Shown: positions 28,766 to 38,395 of the stretch, piece after piece
Numbering within the stretch: position 1 is the first letter of the stretch
Layout of the letters: every line of letters begins with the position of its first letter
Assembly (NCBI GenBank): GCA_041742075.1
Contig: JBGSJJ010000005.1
Span: forward strand, 97,481-161,480
DNA from: Minisyncoccia bacterium
GTDB taxonomy: Bacteria > Patescibacteriota > Minisyncoccia > Phycocordibacterales > UBA918
DNA length: 64,000 nt
Direction: 5' to 3'
Program-made: the position numbers and the translations under genes
Notes under the pieces: generated by a model
Databases searched by the model: none
The model's input: the letters and a program-made list of their open reading frames with translations, nothing else
What the model was told of the DNA's origin: nothing

Positions 28766-29518
28766 ATGAAGCGCATACTGCACTTTTTCTTTCCCTGGAT
28801 GATAAAGTCAAAATCGTCTACTGTTAAGTATGCGTTCCCACTTTTCTTTGGTATTGCCACCTTGCTTGGCGCTTCTGCCTTATTATCTGAAACTGATACC
28901 TACATTATCCTTGAAGCCGATAATGAAGAGGTGATAGCTGGGCAAAATTTTGCCATTGATGTATATGTCGTAGCTCAAGTGCCAATTAATGCCGTTGATA
29001 TACGAGTCGCGCTTCCAGTGAGTCAGGTAAAGATGCTGGGTGTCGACACGGGTGAGTCAGTTATTACCCTCTGGACCAAGCAACCATATTTTGAAAACGG
29101 CACTGTGTATTTTTCTGGCGGTACGTACCGTAAGGGTTTTGTCGGAAAACATAAAATTGGCACCATTAATGGCCAAGCACTCACCTCTGGGTTAGCCCAC
29201 GTTGGCGTAACCTACGCTGACTTATACGCTGGAGATGGTACGGGCGATAAGGTAACTGTAACAAGTGCGGGTGAAGACAAGACAGAGCTTAAAATTGCTC
29301 GAGAAGATGGGACTTTTTTACCTAGCGCTAGTCTAGAGGGAACCGCTCAGTTTGGTATTGTGGGAGATATTGATGGCGACGGTAAGGTTTCCTTAAAGGA
29401 TTTAAGCGCTTTTATGAATGCCTGGCAAACTAAGTCAGCCAATCATGACTTTGACGGTGATAACAAGATGACATTTCGTGATTTTGGCATTATTTTGTCT
29501 AAGTTTTTCTTTCAATAG
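28766..29518 (+). CDS. Cohesin plus dockerin protein
   Basis: PINAVDIRV...SVITLW..QP...VYFSGG (cohesin-like) followed by GDIDGDGKVSLKDL and DFDGDNKMTFRDFGIIL (dockerin). Confidence 0.8.
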   Translation: MKRILHFFFPWMIKSKSSTVKYAFPLFFGIATLLGASALLSETDTYIILEADNEEVIAGQNFAIDVYVVAQVPINAVDIRVALPVSQVKMLGVDTGESVITLWTKQPYFENGTVYFSGGTYRKGFVGKHKIGTINGQALTSGLAHVGVTYADLYAGDGTGDKVTVTSAGEDKTELKIAREDGTFLPSASLEGTAQFGIVGDIDGDGKVSLKDLSAFMNAWQTKSANHDFDGDNKMTFRDFGIILSKFFFQ

Positions 29519-29614
29519 TGTTGATAAGTGTTGAAATAGATAGCCCAGTAATAGAGTAAACTATAGTAGTGATGGGAAGTCTCTAAAAAAGACGTATTTT
29601 TTTGGTGGACAAAC

Positions 29615-31156
29615 ATGAAAAAGAAATGTAGAGAACCTGATAGTACATGTAATGCATTACTCTACCGTTTTGTATTTAAAGGCATATATGCTTCATATGT
29701 CGTATTTTTGCTATGCGCATCTTTTGTCTTATCTGGTGTTCATGTTGTTTTTGCCAATGAAGCAGACCTCATTGTCCCAGAAGAAAGTCCACCGCTTTCA
29801 GTCGAAGAGTTTATTGCTACAGAACAAACTCCACCAAGTGAAGTAGTGGAGGATTTTGCGGTAACTGATGATCCAGTAGCACCTGATGAAGCTGAAGCCG
29901 CTGAGCCTGAAACGATTGAACAAGAACTACCGACCTCAAACGAAGAGGTGTCAGACGTTGTAGTACCTGAAGAAATTGAAGATACTGTATCCAGTGTTGA
30001 TGATACAACTCCTCCCCAAAGTGACATTGGTGGAGAGATTTTACCTGACGAGGTTGTCGACACTGCTTCTTCTACTGCCACTTCTACCGTAGAGGTAGAG
30101 ACACCGCTCATGGTAGAAACAAATAGTGATAATTTCTACCAATTTAATAAAGACGAATGTGTACGGGTTGAGGACGGCTCATTTTACTGTGGAGAGGTTG
30201 AGGAGAGTGACGCAAGCGAAGTTTTGGCTGATAGTCTTTTTTCTGCACCAGACTCAGGTGGTGACCTAGAGATATTTCTTCGCTACGATGGTGAGGAAAC
30301 TCAAGTCAGTCATAATGATGAAGATGATGCCGCCCCGTACTACGACGCGAAGTCCCACACGATAGTGTGGCACAGGCTAATAAACGATCGCTACCAGATT
30401 GTCGTCTATGACATAGAAGAGGCGAGTGAGTCAATTCTCACAAGTACGAAAGTGAACAACATGGAACCGTCTCGGTATGGCAACAAAATTGCCTGGCAAC
30501 GCTGGGTTGACTCAAATTGGGAAATAATTTTCTATGATGGAAATGAAGAAAAACAAATCTCAAATTCTATTACTCACGACGTCGCACCACTAGTCTATGA
30601 AAACTACGTACTGTGGAATAGCACCAGTATTGAAGCCGGACAACAGATAGTTATGTATGACATATCTTCTGGTGATTTAACCTATATAAAGGATGCTGAT
30701 GGTGCGGCGGTACAAAATCCAAGAATGGTACTGGTATACGAAACAGCACATGCAAACGGTGACGTGATTACTAAAGGTTTTGACCTCCAGTCGCAAGAAG
30801 TGGTTCCGCTTGGAGCCTTGCCAAGAGAAGTGCCAACAGAAATTCCGGAAAGTGATCAAACGGGTGAGACAAGAGCCTTGATACAAGGTAAATCATCCGG
30901 AAAGGATTCAGAAATTGTTGAACTTGACCTAACAAACGGAACAACGTCAGCTAGTGGGCCAGCACCGGAACCAACCGCCACTAGCTCAACAGCAGAAGTA
31001 ATTGCGGTACCGGTGACGCAAGTAACAGTGACTGAGCCAGTTGACCTCGTTATTCCACAGTATGTTGCGACTTCGTCAAGTGAAACCCCACCACGCATAC
31101 CAGAGGCCATTAGCGACATAGTAATCCCCGCATTTTCAAGCAGTGACACTGAATAG
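29615..31156 (+). CDS. Secreted protein with acidic linker and TolB-like beta-propeller
   Basis: Glu/Asp/Pro-rich N-terminal region; repeated IVW...YQIVVYD, IAWQ...WEIIFYDG, VLW...QIVMYD blades. Confidence 0.75.
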   Translation: MKKKCREPDSTCNALLYRFVFKGIYASYVVFLLCASFVLSGVHVVFANEADLIVPEESPPLSVEEFIATEQTPPSEVVEDFAVTDDPVAPDEAEAAEPETIEQELPTSNEEVSDVVVPEEIEDTVSSVDDTTPPQSDIGGEILPDEVVDTASSTATSTVEVETPLMVETNSDNFYQFNKDECVRVEDGSFYCGEVEESDASEVLADSLFSAPDSGGDLEIFLRYDGEETQVSHNDEDDAAPYYDAKSHTIVWHRLINDRYQIVVYDIEEASESILTSTKVNNMEPSRYGNKIAWQRWVDSNWEIIFYDGNEEKQISNSITHDVAPLVYENYVLWNSTSIEAGQQIVMYDISSGDLTYIKDADGAAVQNPRMVLVYETAHANGDVITKGFDLQSQEVVPLGALPREVPTEIPESDQTGETRALIQGKSSGKDSEIVELDLTNGTTSASGPAPEPTATSSTAEVIAVPVTQVTVTEPVDLVIPQYVATSSSETPPRIPEAISDIVIPAFSSSDTE

Positions 31157-31180
31157 ATAAGGTACAATACAGTGAAGTGT

Positions 31181-34100
31181 ATGAACCGAACACGGCTGTT
31201 TTATAGTGAGGATAAGAAGCGCTTTAAGCAAGTAATTGTATCAGTGTGTCTTTTTGCGTTACTTCTTTCAGACGTTGCTACCATATTTACTCTTATTACA
31301 CCAATACCTGCCGAGGGTGCGGAAGTGACGATAACGTCGGTTGAAAGTACGACTGCAGCGAGACATTTACATAGCGGTTCACAATCAGTGTTTATATCTG
31401 ACCAGGAGGGGTACAAATTTTTTGCAGAATTTATATCGGCGGGAAACTCTGAGTGCTCGTACGTAAAAACAGAAGATGGTGGTGACACCTGGGGTGTCGC
31501 GCAAAAGGTTGACGACCAAGGAACCGGAACAGACTGTCTTGGTATTACCGTCCACTATGATAAATGGACCCCGGGAGATACTGGTGACTATATCCATATT
31601 TTGACCATGGATAACGGTTCAGACGACTTATTTTATAACCGTCTTGATACAACTGATGATTCACTTTTGGCGGGAGCAACTGCTATTAACGTGACCCAAA
31701 CTGCTGGCTACCCAACGGTGACATTTGTAGACTCAGATAATAAGTCGAGTATTACTAAAAGTACGACTGGTGAGCTATTTATTTCTGTTGACGAAGGAAC
31801 ACTGAATGGTTCAAGAGTGTACCGATGTAGTACCGCCTGCGATACGCCGTCTAACTGGTCTGAAGCAGGTACTTCTCCGCAAGACGATGTGAACGATTGG
31901 TCACTTCTTACGCCGCTTCTGGCTGGAGAAGTTTTGTTAATTAACTGGGACTTATCGGCCAACACCCTTAGGTCGCGTGTTTGGCACACCTCATCTAGCT
32001 CGTGGAGTACTTCATGGACGACAATTACTAACATAGCAGAAGAGAATACGACGTATGACGTTGGTATGTCCGCAGTAACCGATAAAAATGGCGTTGTTTA
32101 TCTCGCACATACTGCAGACAACACCACAATTGGTGGTAATAATGATGACGTTAGAACTAAGCGATACGATGGATCATGGGCTACTACTACCAACGTCGTT
32201 ACAAATACCTCACGAGGGGTTACTCAGGTAGCCTTAGGGCTCGATTCAAACACTAATGATGTCTATGTGGCATACACAGCGAGAACGACGGCCGCTACCG
32301 CCAGTACGACCCGGGTCTATTGGCATAAGTCTACTGATGGAATGTCTACTTGGGGCAGTGAGCAAGGACCAGTAAATACTCCGAGCGGTGACCTGTATGG
32401 TATAGACTTAAACAGAATCTCTAACGAACGTATCTACGCGTCTTGGTATAGCTTAACGGGTAGTCATATACGAGGCGATACTTTAGCTGACGTTTATGGT
32501 GGTGTAGCGGTAAGTGCGACGAGTACGCAAGTAACAGAAGTGCGAGCAAGTTCAACTAACGTCTATAGTGGTGGTACATTTGTCCTTCAAGAAAACTCTA
32601 TCGTACGAACCATCAACTCCATTACGGTAAGTGAGAACGGATCGATCGATGCCTCAACCGGTATTAGAAATACCAAGCTGGTGTACGACCTGGATACATC
32701 TGCTCCGTATAACTGTGTCAGTGAAAGTTACGGTGGTAGTGAACTGCAGTACGGTGACACTGATACCAATGGTTTCTCTGCTTCAGATGGAGTGTCTGCT
32801 TTTAGTGATATCGGGATAACTATTAGTAGTACGTCGGCCATGTGTTTGTATGTCGTACATGATGTAACAAGTGAAGCGGTCGATGGTGACACAATTAACT
32901 TTTATATCGACGACCCAAGTACAGATGTTGAAATATCAGTTGGCGGAGTGGTTGTCCCAAGTACGATAATAGATATTTTTGGTACAACTACGGTGAAAGA
33001 TGATGTCCTTACCCAAAGCCACTATCATTTTAGAAATGATGACGGGAGTGAGACGACAGCTACCTCAAAAACTGGCGGCTCTGAAGATACTGAATTAACT
33101 GCACTCCAGCAAAATTCACCCGTACGGCTTCGTATAGAAGTCTCAAACGAGGGATCAACAACGTCACTCCCAACCTCACTTCGCCTTGAGTATAGTCTCT
33201 CAACTTCAACGTGTAGTGTGGCGACCGGTTGGACCGATGTTGGGGCAACGAATGACGCAATTAATATGTCAAACACTGGTAACTTAACGGATGGCTCAAA
33301 TACAACCGACATTCCCAATGGTGACGGAGGAGTTTCAAACGAAAATACAACATTTTTAAGCAGTAATGGTGGAGTCCGTGACACTAGTTCACAAACCGGA
33401 CCACTTACCTTTGCTTCAACTACCTTTGTTGAGCTTGAGTACTCAATTGTTGCTTCAACCAGTGCACCGGAGGGGAGTGCCTACTGTTTTAGGTTGACTG
33501 ACGCCGGGACGCCACTTGGAAACTATGTTGAATACCCACGGGTCACCATAGACTCAGCCGTAAGGCTTTCAGCCTTAGGGAGTCAGATAGCCAATACAGT
33601 TATTCCAGGAACTGCGGTATATATTGGAGGCGCCTTTGTCCTTGAAGAAAATGTTTTAAGTCGAGATGTTACGAGTATTACCATAAAGGAAAGTGGTAGT
33701 ATCGATGCCACAACTGGCCTTACTAACACGTCTCTTTATTATGAGACTGATACATCGTTGCCGTATGATTGTTCAAGTGAAAGTTATGCTGGTGGTGAAA
33801 CCGCATTTAGTTCAGCCGGCACGTTTACTGGAGCGGATGGAACGGCGACATTTACCGACACGGTAAACTTTTCAACCAGTAGTACCCTTTGCTTGTACGT
33901 GGTAACTGACATTACTGAGTCAGCCGTCAATGGTGAGACACTCGACATTAGCATTACTAACCCTTCAACGGATGTATTAGTAAGTGGTGGGGCAACAGTT
34001 TCGCCGGGCGCTCTCGTTGACATAACCGGGAGTACTACGTTAAATGGGGCAATTTTAACACAGACACATTTTCACTTTAGAAATGATGACGGGAATGAGA

Positions 34101-37100
34101 CGACCGCTACTTCGAAGACTGGCGGAGTAGAAGACATAGTGCTTACTGATTTTCCACGTGAGGTTCCCACCAGAGTCCGCGTGCAGGTATCAAACGAAGG
34201 GAGTGCGAGCTCCGCCCCCGTCGCGTATCAGCTTGAGTACGGCACAAAAATTACTACCTGCGAAAATATCGGAACATGGCTCAGTATGGATTCTGTTAAT
34301 GCAGCGTTTGAGGTGGTTGACTCAAGTAACTTAACTGACGACACTGATACTACTGACATCACTGTCGGGACCGGTGGTGTAACGAATGAAAATACAACTT
34401 TCCTTACACCAAATAGCAGTGTTGAGGAGGGAAGTGCCCTTAGTGCGACAACCACACTGAGCGACACCGAGTTTATTGAACTTGAGTACGTATTTCAGCA
34501 AACTGATAAAGCCGGCTATAACACCAGCTATTGTTTTAGACTGTCTAAGTCTGGTGTACCACTCAATGCCTACGACAAGTACCCCGAACTAACAACGACA
34601 ACTAAAAAAGACTTTAAAGTTCAGCGGGGTAGCACAACTGTCACCGGTACTTCTGTCACTATCACAGCCGGAGTAGACTACGTTGCGCCAAGTTCTACTT
34701 CCTCAGCCTTTATTCGTATAACGAACTCTAACCATACGGGAGCCGGAAGAGTCAGTGGCGGTGGTAACCAATTTGCTCGCGATGTGTCTACCTACATTTC
34801 TAACCCAAGAAACCTACTGACTTCAGTTACGTTTGTGAGACCCACTGGTGCCATTAACAACACGAGAGTTGACTGGGAAATTGTCGAGTATGTTGGTGAC
34901 GTTGGTGGTGATAACGAGATGATTGTACGTGATCAGTACATCGTTGACTATGGAACCACCGCTACTGCCACGTCTGGTCCAGCTGTGTCTGGTGTAGTGA
35001 GTAACAACGATGTTGTTGTGTTTATTACTGGTGCCTTTAGTCCCGACGCTAGTCAAAATGACTATGAAACACTGCAATCTACTTCAAACTGGGCGACCAC
35101 TACTCAGCAACCTACTTTTACTCGAGGGGTAGCGGGAGGTGATGCAGTTCGTTTGAGTTACGCAGTTGTTGAGTTTACCGGTGTCAACTGGAAAGTACAG
35201 CGCATACAACACACCTATACAGCAGTTGGTTCACTTGAAACGAAAGACATTACACCAGTCAATAGTTTAAGTCGGGCATTTATTCATACGCAAAAGCAGA
35301 TGACGAATGGCCTTCAATCTATGGCAAACTTTGGTCACGAAGTGTGGCTGTCGAGTATTGGTGTACTTTCGTTTCGTCTTGATGGTGCCGCCACAACAGC
35401 TTCAGGTCACACCTCAGTGGCGTGGGTTATAGAGAATACTCAGCTTACCCTCGGTGCTATGAAAGTCCACCGGGATGCAAGTGGGTCAACCTCAGGTGGG
35501 GTTGAACCACTCAACCTTTCACTCGCCATTGGAGCAACTTTGGCTGCCACCACCACCAGTTCAATCTTTGCTAACTCTCGACTCTCTAGTAACGGAGCCA
35601 ACTTCCCTCAACCAATTGCTGGTTTTTCAATTGCCTCAACCACCAACATTCTGCTGTGGCGGAGTGATTCCGGTAACGTACTTACTTTTCGCGTGGAGGT
35701 AGTTGAGTGGCCAGTAGCAGAACTTTCGTTTAGACAGAACTACTACCAATTTTACGTAGATAATGGAAGTAGTACACCAGAGGATATCTGGCCACCCGGA
35801 CCGACAGACCTTGATGAAAATGCAGCCGTCACAGGAGCGTACGAACCGATAGGTGAAGGAGAACAGATACGTATTCGTATGACACTTAAAGTTGCTAATG
35901 CGACGTTCCCTGACAATAATCAGAGTTTCAAACTTCAATATGGGAGACGCACTACTCCATCATGTACAGCAATTTCTTCCTGGAGTGATGTAGGCAACGT
36001 CGGCAGTGGTGCCGTTTGGCGAGGCTATAACACGGCAGCTATCGATGGTTCAACGTTACCAAGTACGCTGATATCAATTGCTGACGTAGCAGGTACTTTT
36101 GAGGAAGAAAATAACTCAGCCGTAAACCCAAATACCGTACTTGAGACTGAAGATATCGAATACGATTGGGCAATTGAACACAACGGTGCCCTCCAGCGCT
36201 CTGACTATTGTTTTAGAATGGTGTATGCGGATGGAACGCCACTGTCTGTCTACTCAGAGTACCCAACCCTGCGCACAACCGGCTACACACCAGTTATTTC
36301 AAAGTGGCGCTGGTATACCGATGAGAGTAGTGCTACGCCACTTATACCACTGGCTGGTGAAAACGTGAGCCCGATAGATGTCGTAAACAGTGAAGTTCTT
36401 AAACTACGCGTGACGCTCCGGGAAGTAGAAAGCGCAACGGGTGAAAATGTTAAGTTCGCTGTGCAGTATTCACAGTACGCTAACTTTAGCGATGGCGGTA
36501 CGTTTATTACAAGCACGACCACGTGTACCAGCTCTTCAACGTGGTGCTATGCCGATGTAGCTGGAATTGATAACGAGCTCATCGATGAAGCAATTCTGTC
36601 TGATGCTGAGTCGTGCGCGTCAGCGACTGGAACCGGCTGTGGTACCTATAACGAAATCGCCTCGTCTACTAGTTTACTGACCCAGGATGCCCTTAGTACC
36701 CTTGAGTTTGAATACGCGATTAGGCAAGGTATTCCACGAGTCGGAGGAACCTACTACTTCCGTCTGTATGATACGGTTAACAATGAACCAATTTCTGCCT
36801 CCTCCTCTACCTTCCCGAGTCTGATCACTGAAGGTGCACTCTTATCTTTTTCGGTAAACGGATTACCATCTGGTACTACAACTGAAGGTATTGTGACAGA
36901 TGCCACTACCACTCCAACCTCTCTTTCGTTTGGCTACTTACCATTTGATGATGTTCAATATGGTGCCCATCGGTTGAGTGTCTCAACCAACGCCACTGAA
37001 GGGTATCGATTGTTCGTAGTAGCTGACCAACAGTTAACTGACCTGTATGGCAATACTATTTTGCCGATTTCTGGTACCAATACCGCTCCGGTCAGTTGGG

Positions 37101-37354
37101 CTACCGGCTGTTCAGTCTTAGCAAACAGTTGCTTTGGTTACCACGCTGGAGATGACGTTCTGGAGGGAGGATCAGCACGTTTTGCGCCAAATGATACGTT
37201 TTCTAGTATCAACACTAGTTTGGGCGAGATTATGTACAGTACCGTGCCGGCGAGCGATACTCATGATATTGTATATGGGATCTCAGTTAGTGAACGGGCG
37301 CCAGCCGGTGCGTACCAAAACAATATTTCCTATATAGCGGTACCAGTGTATTAA
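31181..37354 (+). CDS. Large (~2060 aa) surface protein/adhesin: BNR-like propeller, repeated Ig-like modules, C-terminal type B pilin/WxL-like domain
   Basis: Asp-box-like KTEDGGDTW and KSTDGMSTW; four HFRNDDG-type modules; ends PAGAYQNNISYIAVPVY. GTG 31172 is an alternative start. Confidence 0.88.
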   Translation: MNRTRLFYSEDKKRFKQVIVSVCLFALLLSDVATIFTLITPIPAEGAEVTITSVESTTAARHLHSGSQSVFISDQEGYKFFAEFISAGNSECSYVKTEDGGDTWGVAQKVDDQGTGTDCLGITVHYDKWTPGDTGDYIHILTMDNGSDDLFYNRLDTTDDSLLAGATAINVTQTAGYPTVTFVDSDNKSSITKSTTGELFISVDEGTLNGSRVYRCSTACDTPSNWSEAGTSPQDDVNDWSLLTPLLAGEVLLINWDLSANTLRSRVWHTSSSSWSTSWTTITNIAEENTTYDVGMSAVTDKNGVVYLAHTADNTTIGGNNDDVRTKRYDGSWATTTNVVTNTSRGVTQVALGLDSNTNDVYVAYTARTTAATASTTRVYWHKSTDGMSTWGSEQGPVNTPSGDLYGIDLNRISNERIYASWYSLTGSHIRGDTLADVYGGVAVSATSTQVTEVRASSTNVYSGGTFVLQENSIVRTINSITVSENGSIDASTGIRNTKLVYDLDTSAPYNCVSESYGGSELQYGDTDTNGFSASDGVSAFSDIGITISSTSAMCLYVVHDVTSEAVDGDTINFYIDDPSTDVEISVGGVVVPSTIIDIFGTTTVKDDVLTQSHYHFRNDDGSETTATSKTGGSEDTELTALQQNSPVRLRIEVSNEGSTTSLPTSLRLEYSLSTSTCSVATGWTDVGATNDAINMSNTGNLTDGSNTTDIPNGDGGVSNENTTFLSSNGGVRDTSSQTGPLTFASTTFVELEYSIVASTSAPEGSAYCFRLTDAGTPLGNYVEYPRVTIDSAVRLSALGSQIANTVIPGTAVYIGGAFVLEENVLSRDVTSITIKESGSIDATTGLTNTSLYYETDTSLPYDCSSESYAGGETAFSSAGTFTGADGTATFTDTVNFSTSSTLCLYVVTDITESAVNGETLDISITNPSTDVLVSGGATVSPGALVDITGSTTLNGAILTQTHFHFRNDDGNETTATSKTGGVEDIVLTDFPREVPTRVRVQVSNEGSASSAPVAYQLEYGTKITTCENIGTWLSMDSVNAAFEVVDSSNLTDDTDTTDITVGTGGVTNENTTFLTPNSSVEEGSALSATTTLSDTEFIELEYVFQQTDKAGYNTSYCFRLSKSGVPLNAYDKYPELTTTTKKDFKVQRGSTTVTGTSVTITAGVDYVAPSSTSSAFIRITNSNHTGAGRVSGGGNQFARDVSTYISNPRNLLTSVTFVRPTGAINNTRVDWEIVEYVGDVGGDNEMIVRDQYIVDYGTTATATSGPAVSGVVSNNDVVVFITGAFSPDASQNDYETLQSTSNWATTTQQPTFTRGVAGGDAVRLSYAVVEFTGVNWKVQRIQHTYTAVGSLETKDITPVNSLSRAFIHTQKQMTNGLQSMANFGHEVWLSSIGVLSFRLDGAATTASGHTSVAWVIENTQLTLGAMKVHRDASGSTSGGVEPLNLSLAIGATLAATTTSSIFANSRLSSNGANFPQPIAGFSIASTTNILLWRSDSGNVLTFRVEVVEWPVAELSFRQNYYQFYVDNGSSTPEDIWPPGPTDLDENAAVTGAYEPIGEGEQIRIRMTLKVANATFPDNNQSFKLQYGRRTTPSCTAISSWSDVGNVGSGAVWRGYNTAAIDGSTLPSTLISIADVAGTFEEENNSAVNPNTVLETEDIEYDWAIEHNGALQRSDYCFRMVYADGTPLSVYSEYPTLRTTGYTPVISKWRWYTDESSATPLIPLAGENVSPIDVVNSEVLKLRVTLREVESATGENVKFAVQYSQYANFSDGGTFITSTTTCTSSSTWCYADVAGIDNELIDEAILSDAESCASATGTGCGTYNEIASSTSLLTQDALSTLEFEYAIRQGIPRVGGTYYFRLYDTVNNEPISASSSTFPSLITEGALLSFSVNGLPSGTTTEGIVTDATTTPTSLSFGYLPFDDVQYGAHRLSVSTNATEGYRLFVVADQQLTDLYGNTILPISGTNTAPVSWATGCSVLANSCFGYHAGDDVLEGGSARFAPNDTFSSINTSLGEIMYSTVPASDTHDIVYGISVSERAPAGAYQNNISYIAVPVY

Positions 37355-37363
37355 AATAATAGT

Positions 37364-38395
37364 ATGAATGTATCTCTATCGCTCTCTATACGTCTTCTAA
37401 TCAGCATTGTTTTAGGTCTGTTTCTTTTAAGCACTACGACACTGACTTTTGCAGCTAGCTATTCGGTGTCACCACTCGTTATCGACCGAACTGTCAGTCC
37501 ACGTGAATCAGAAACAGTGCCAATTACTATTACCAACTCAACTGGTGGGCCGGTCCGTCTGTATGCAACCGTAAATACTATTAATGTAGACGAGAATGGC
37601 GCCATCACAGAATTTGTCGAGCCTTCGATGGTTGACACTACCGTTACGGTCACCTCGTGGCTTCAGATTTCACGACAGCGGATTGAGCTACCGGCTGGAG
37701 AAACGTTTACCACTGAACTAACTCTAAAAATCCCTGCCAAAATAGAGCCAGGCGAGTATCATGCGTTTATTGGTTTCCCTGATGCGAGTAATCGGCCTGA
37801 AGCGGAAGCACAAGTGGCAACGGGAAATGTTCCGGGTGTAGTGGTACGGATAGCAGTGGGGGATGATTCCTTCTCACTTCTACGCATGAGCAAGTTTTAT
37901 ATCGATCGGTTTATCACGACAAAGGCAGACCGCACTGCAGTAATTACGCTAGCCAATACCGGTACCCAGCCAGTAACTCCAACCGGTGAAATAATTTTTT
38001 ATAACACCAAGGGTATTGAAGTAAATGCTGTCCCACTTACAAGCGAATCAGTCACTATCCTAGAGGGTGGAGAAGCGAGTATTAACGTCGACTTACCGAG
38101 CGATTTGCGTTTTGGTAAGTACAAGGCCTTTCTTAACATGCAGTACGGCAACAATCAAACCGCTCAACTGCAAGACACAACGTTCTTTTACATTATCCCG
38201 ATCTATCATTTATTGGCCATTTTTATGACGTTACTCGTCTTAGCGCTTATACTTGCACTTAAAGTCCATCGCCAGTATGCTCGTGTAACTGATGATGATT
38301 TTGCTAAGATAGGTGCTATACCTATGTATGTGCGGGGCGTAACGTCAGAACCTCAAGACCATGATATTGACCTCAAAAATCAGAATAGTAAGTAG
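37364..38395 (+). CDS. DUF916/DUF3324-like membrane-anchored protein
   Basis: YSVSPL, SWL, PGEYHAFI, LANTGT, FGKYKA motifs; C-terminal TM. Confidence 0.72.
   Translation: MNVSLSLSIRLLISIVLGLFLLSTTTLTFAASYSVSPLVIDRTVSPRESETVPITITNSTGGPVRLYATVNTINVDENGAITEFVEPSMVDTTVTVTSWLQISRQRIELPAGETFTTELTLKIPAKIEPGEYHAFIGFPDASNRPEAEAQVATGNVPGVVVRIAVGDDSFSLLRMSKFYIDRFITTKADRTAVITLANTGTQPVTPTGEIIFYNTKGIEVNAVPLTSESVTILEGGEASINVDLPSDLRFGKYKAFLNMQYGNNQTAQLQDTTFFYIIPIYHLLAIFMTLLVLALILALKVHRQYARVTDDDFAKIGAIPMYVRGVTSEPQDHDIDLKNQNSK

Noticed and set aside
22252-29518. True cellulosome
   Set aside because: No catalytic CAZyme domains or multi-cohesin scaffoldin recognised.
2-37354. Diversity-generating retroelement or phase-variable shufflon acting on the adhesins
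   Set aside because: No reverse transcriptase or recombinase, and no adenine-specific TR/VR repeat pair was noticed.
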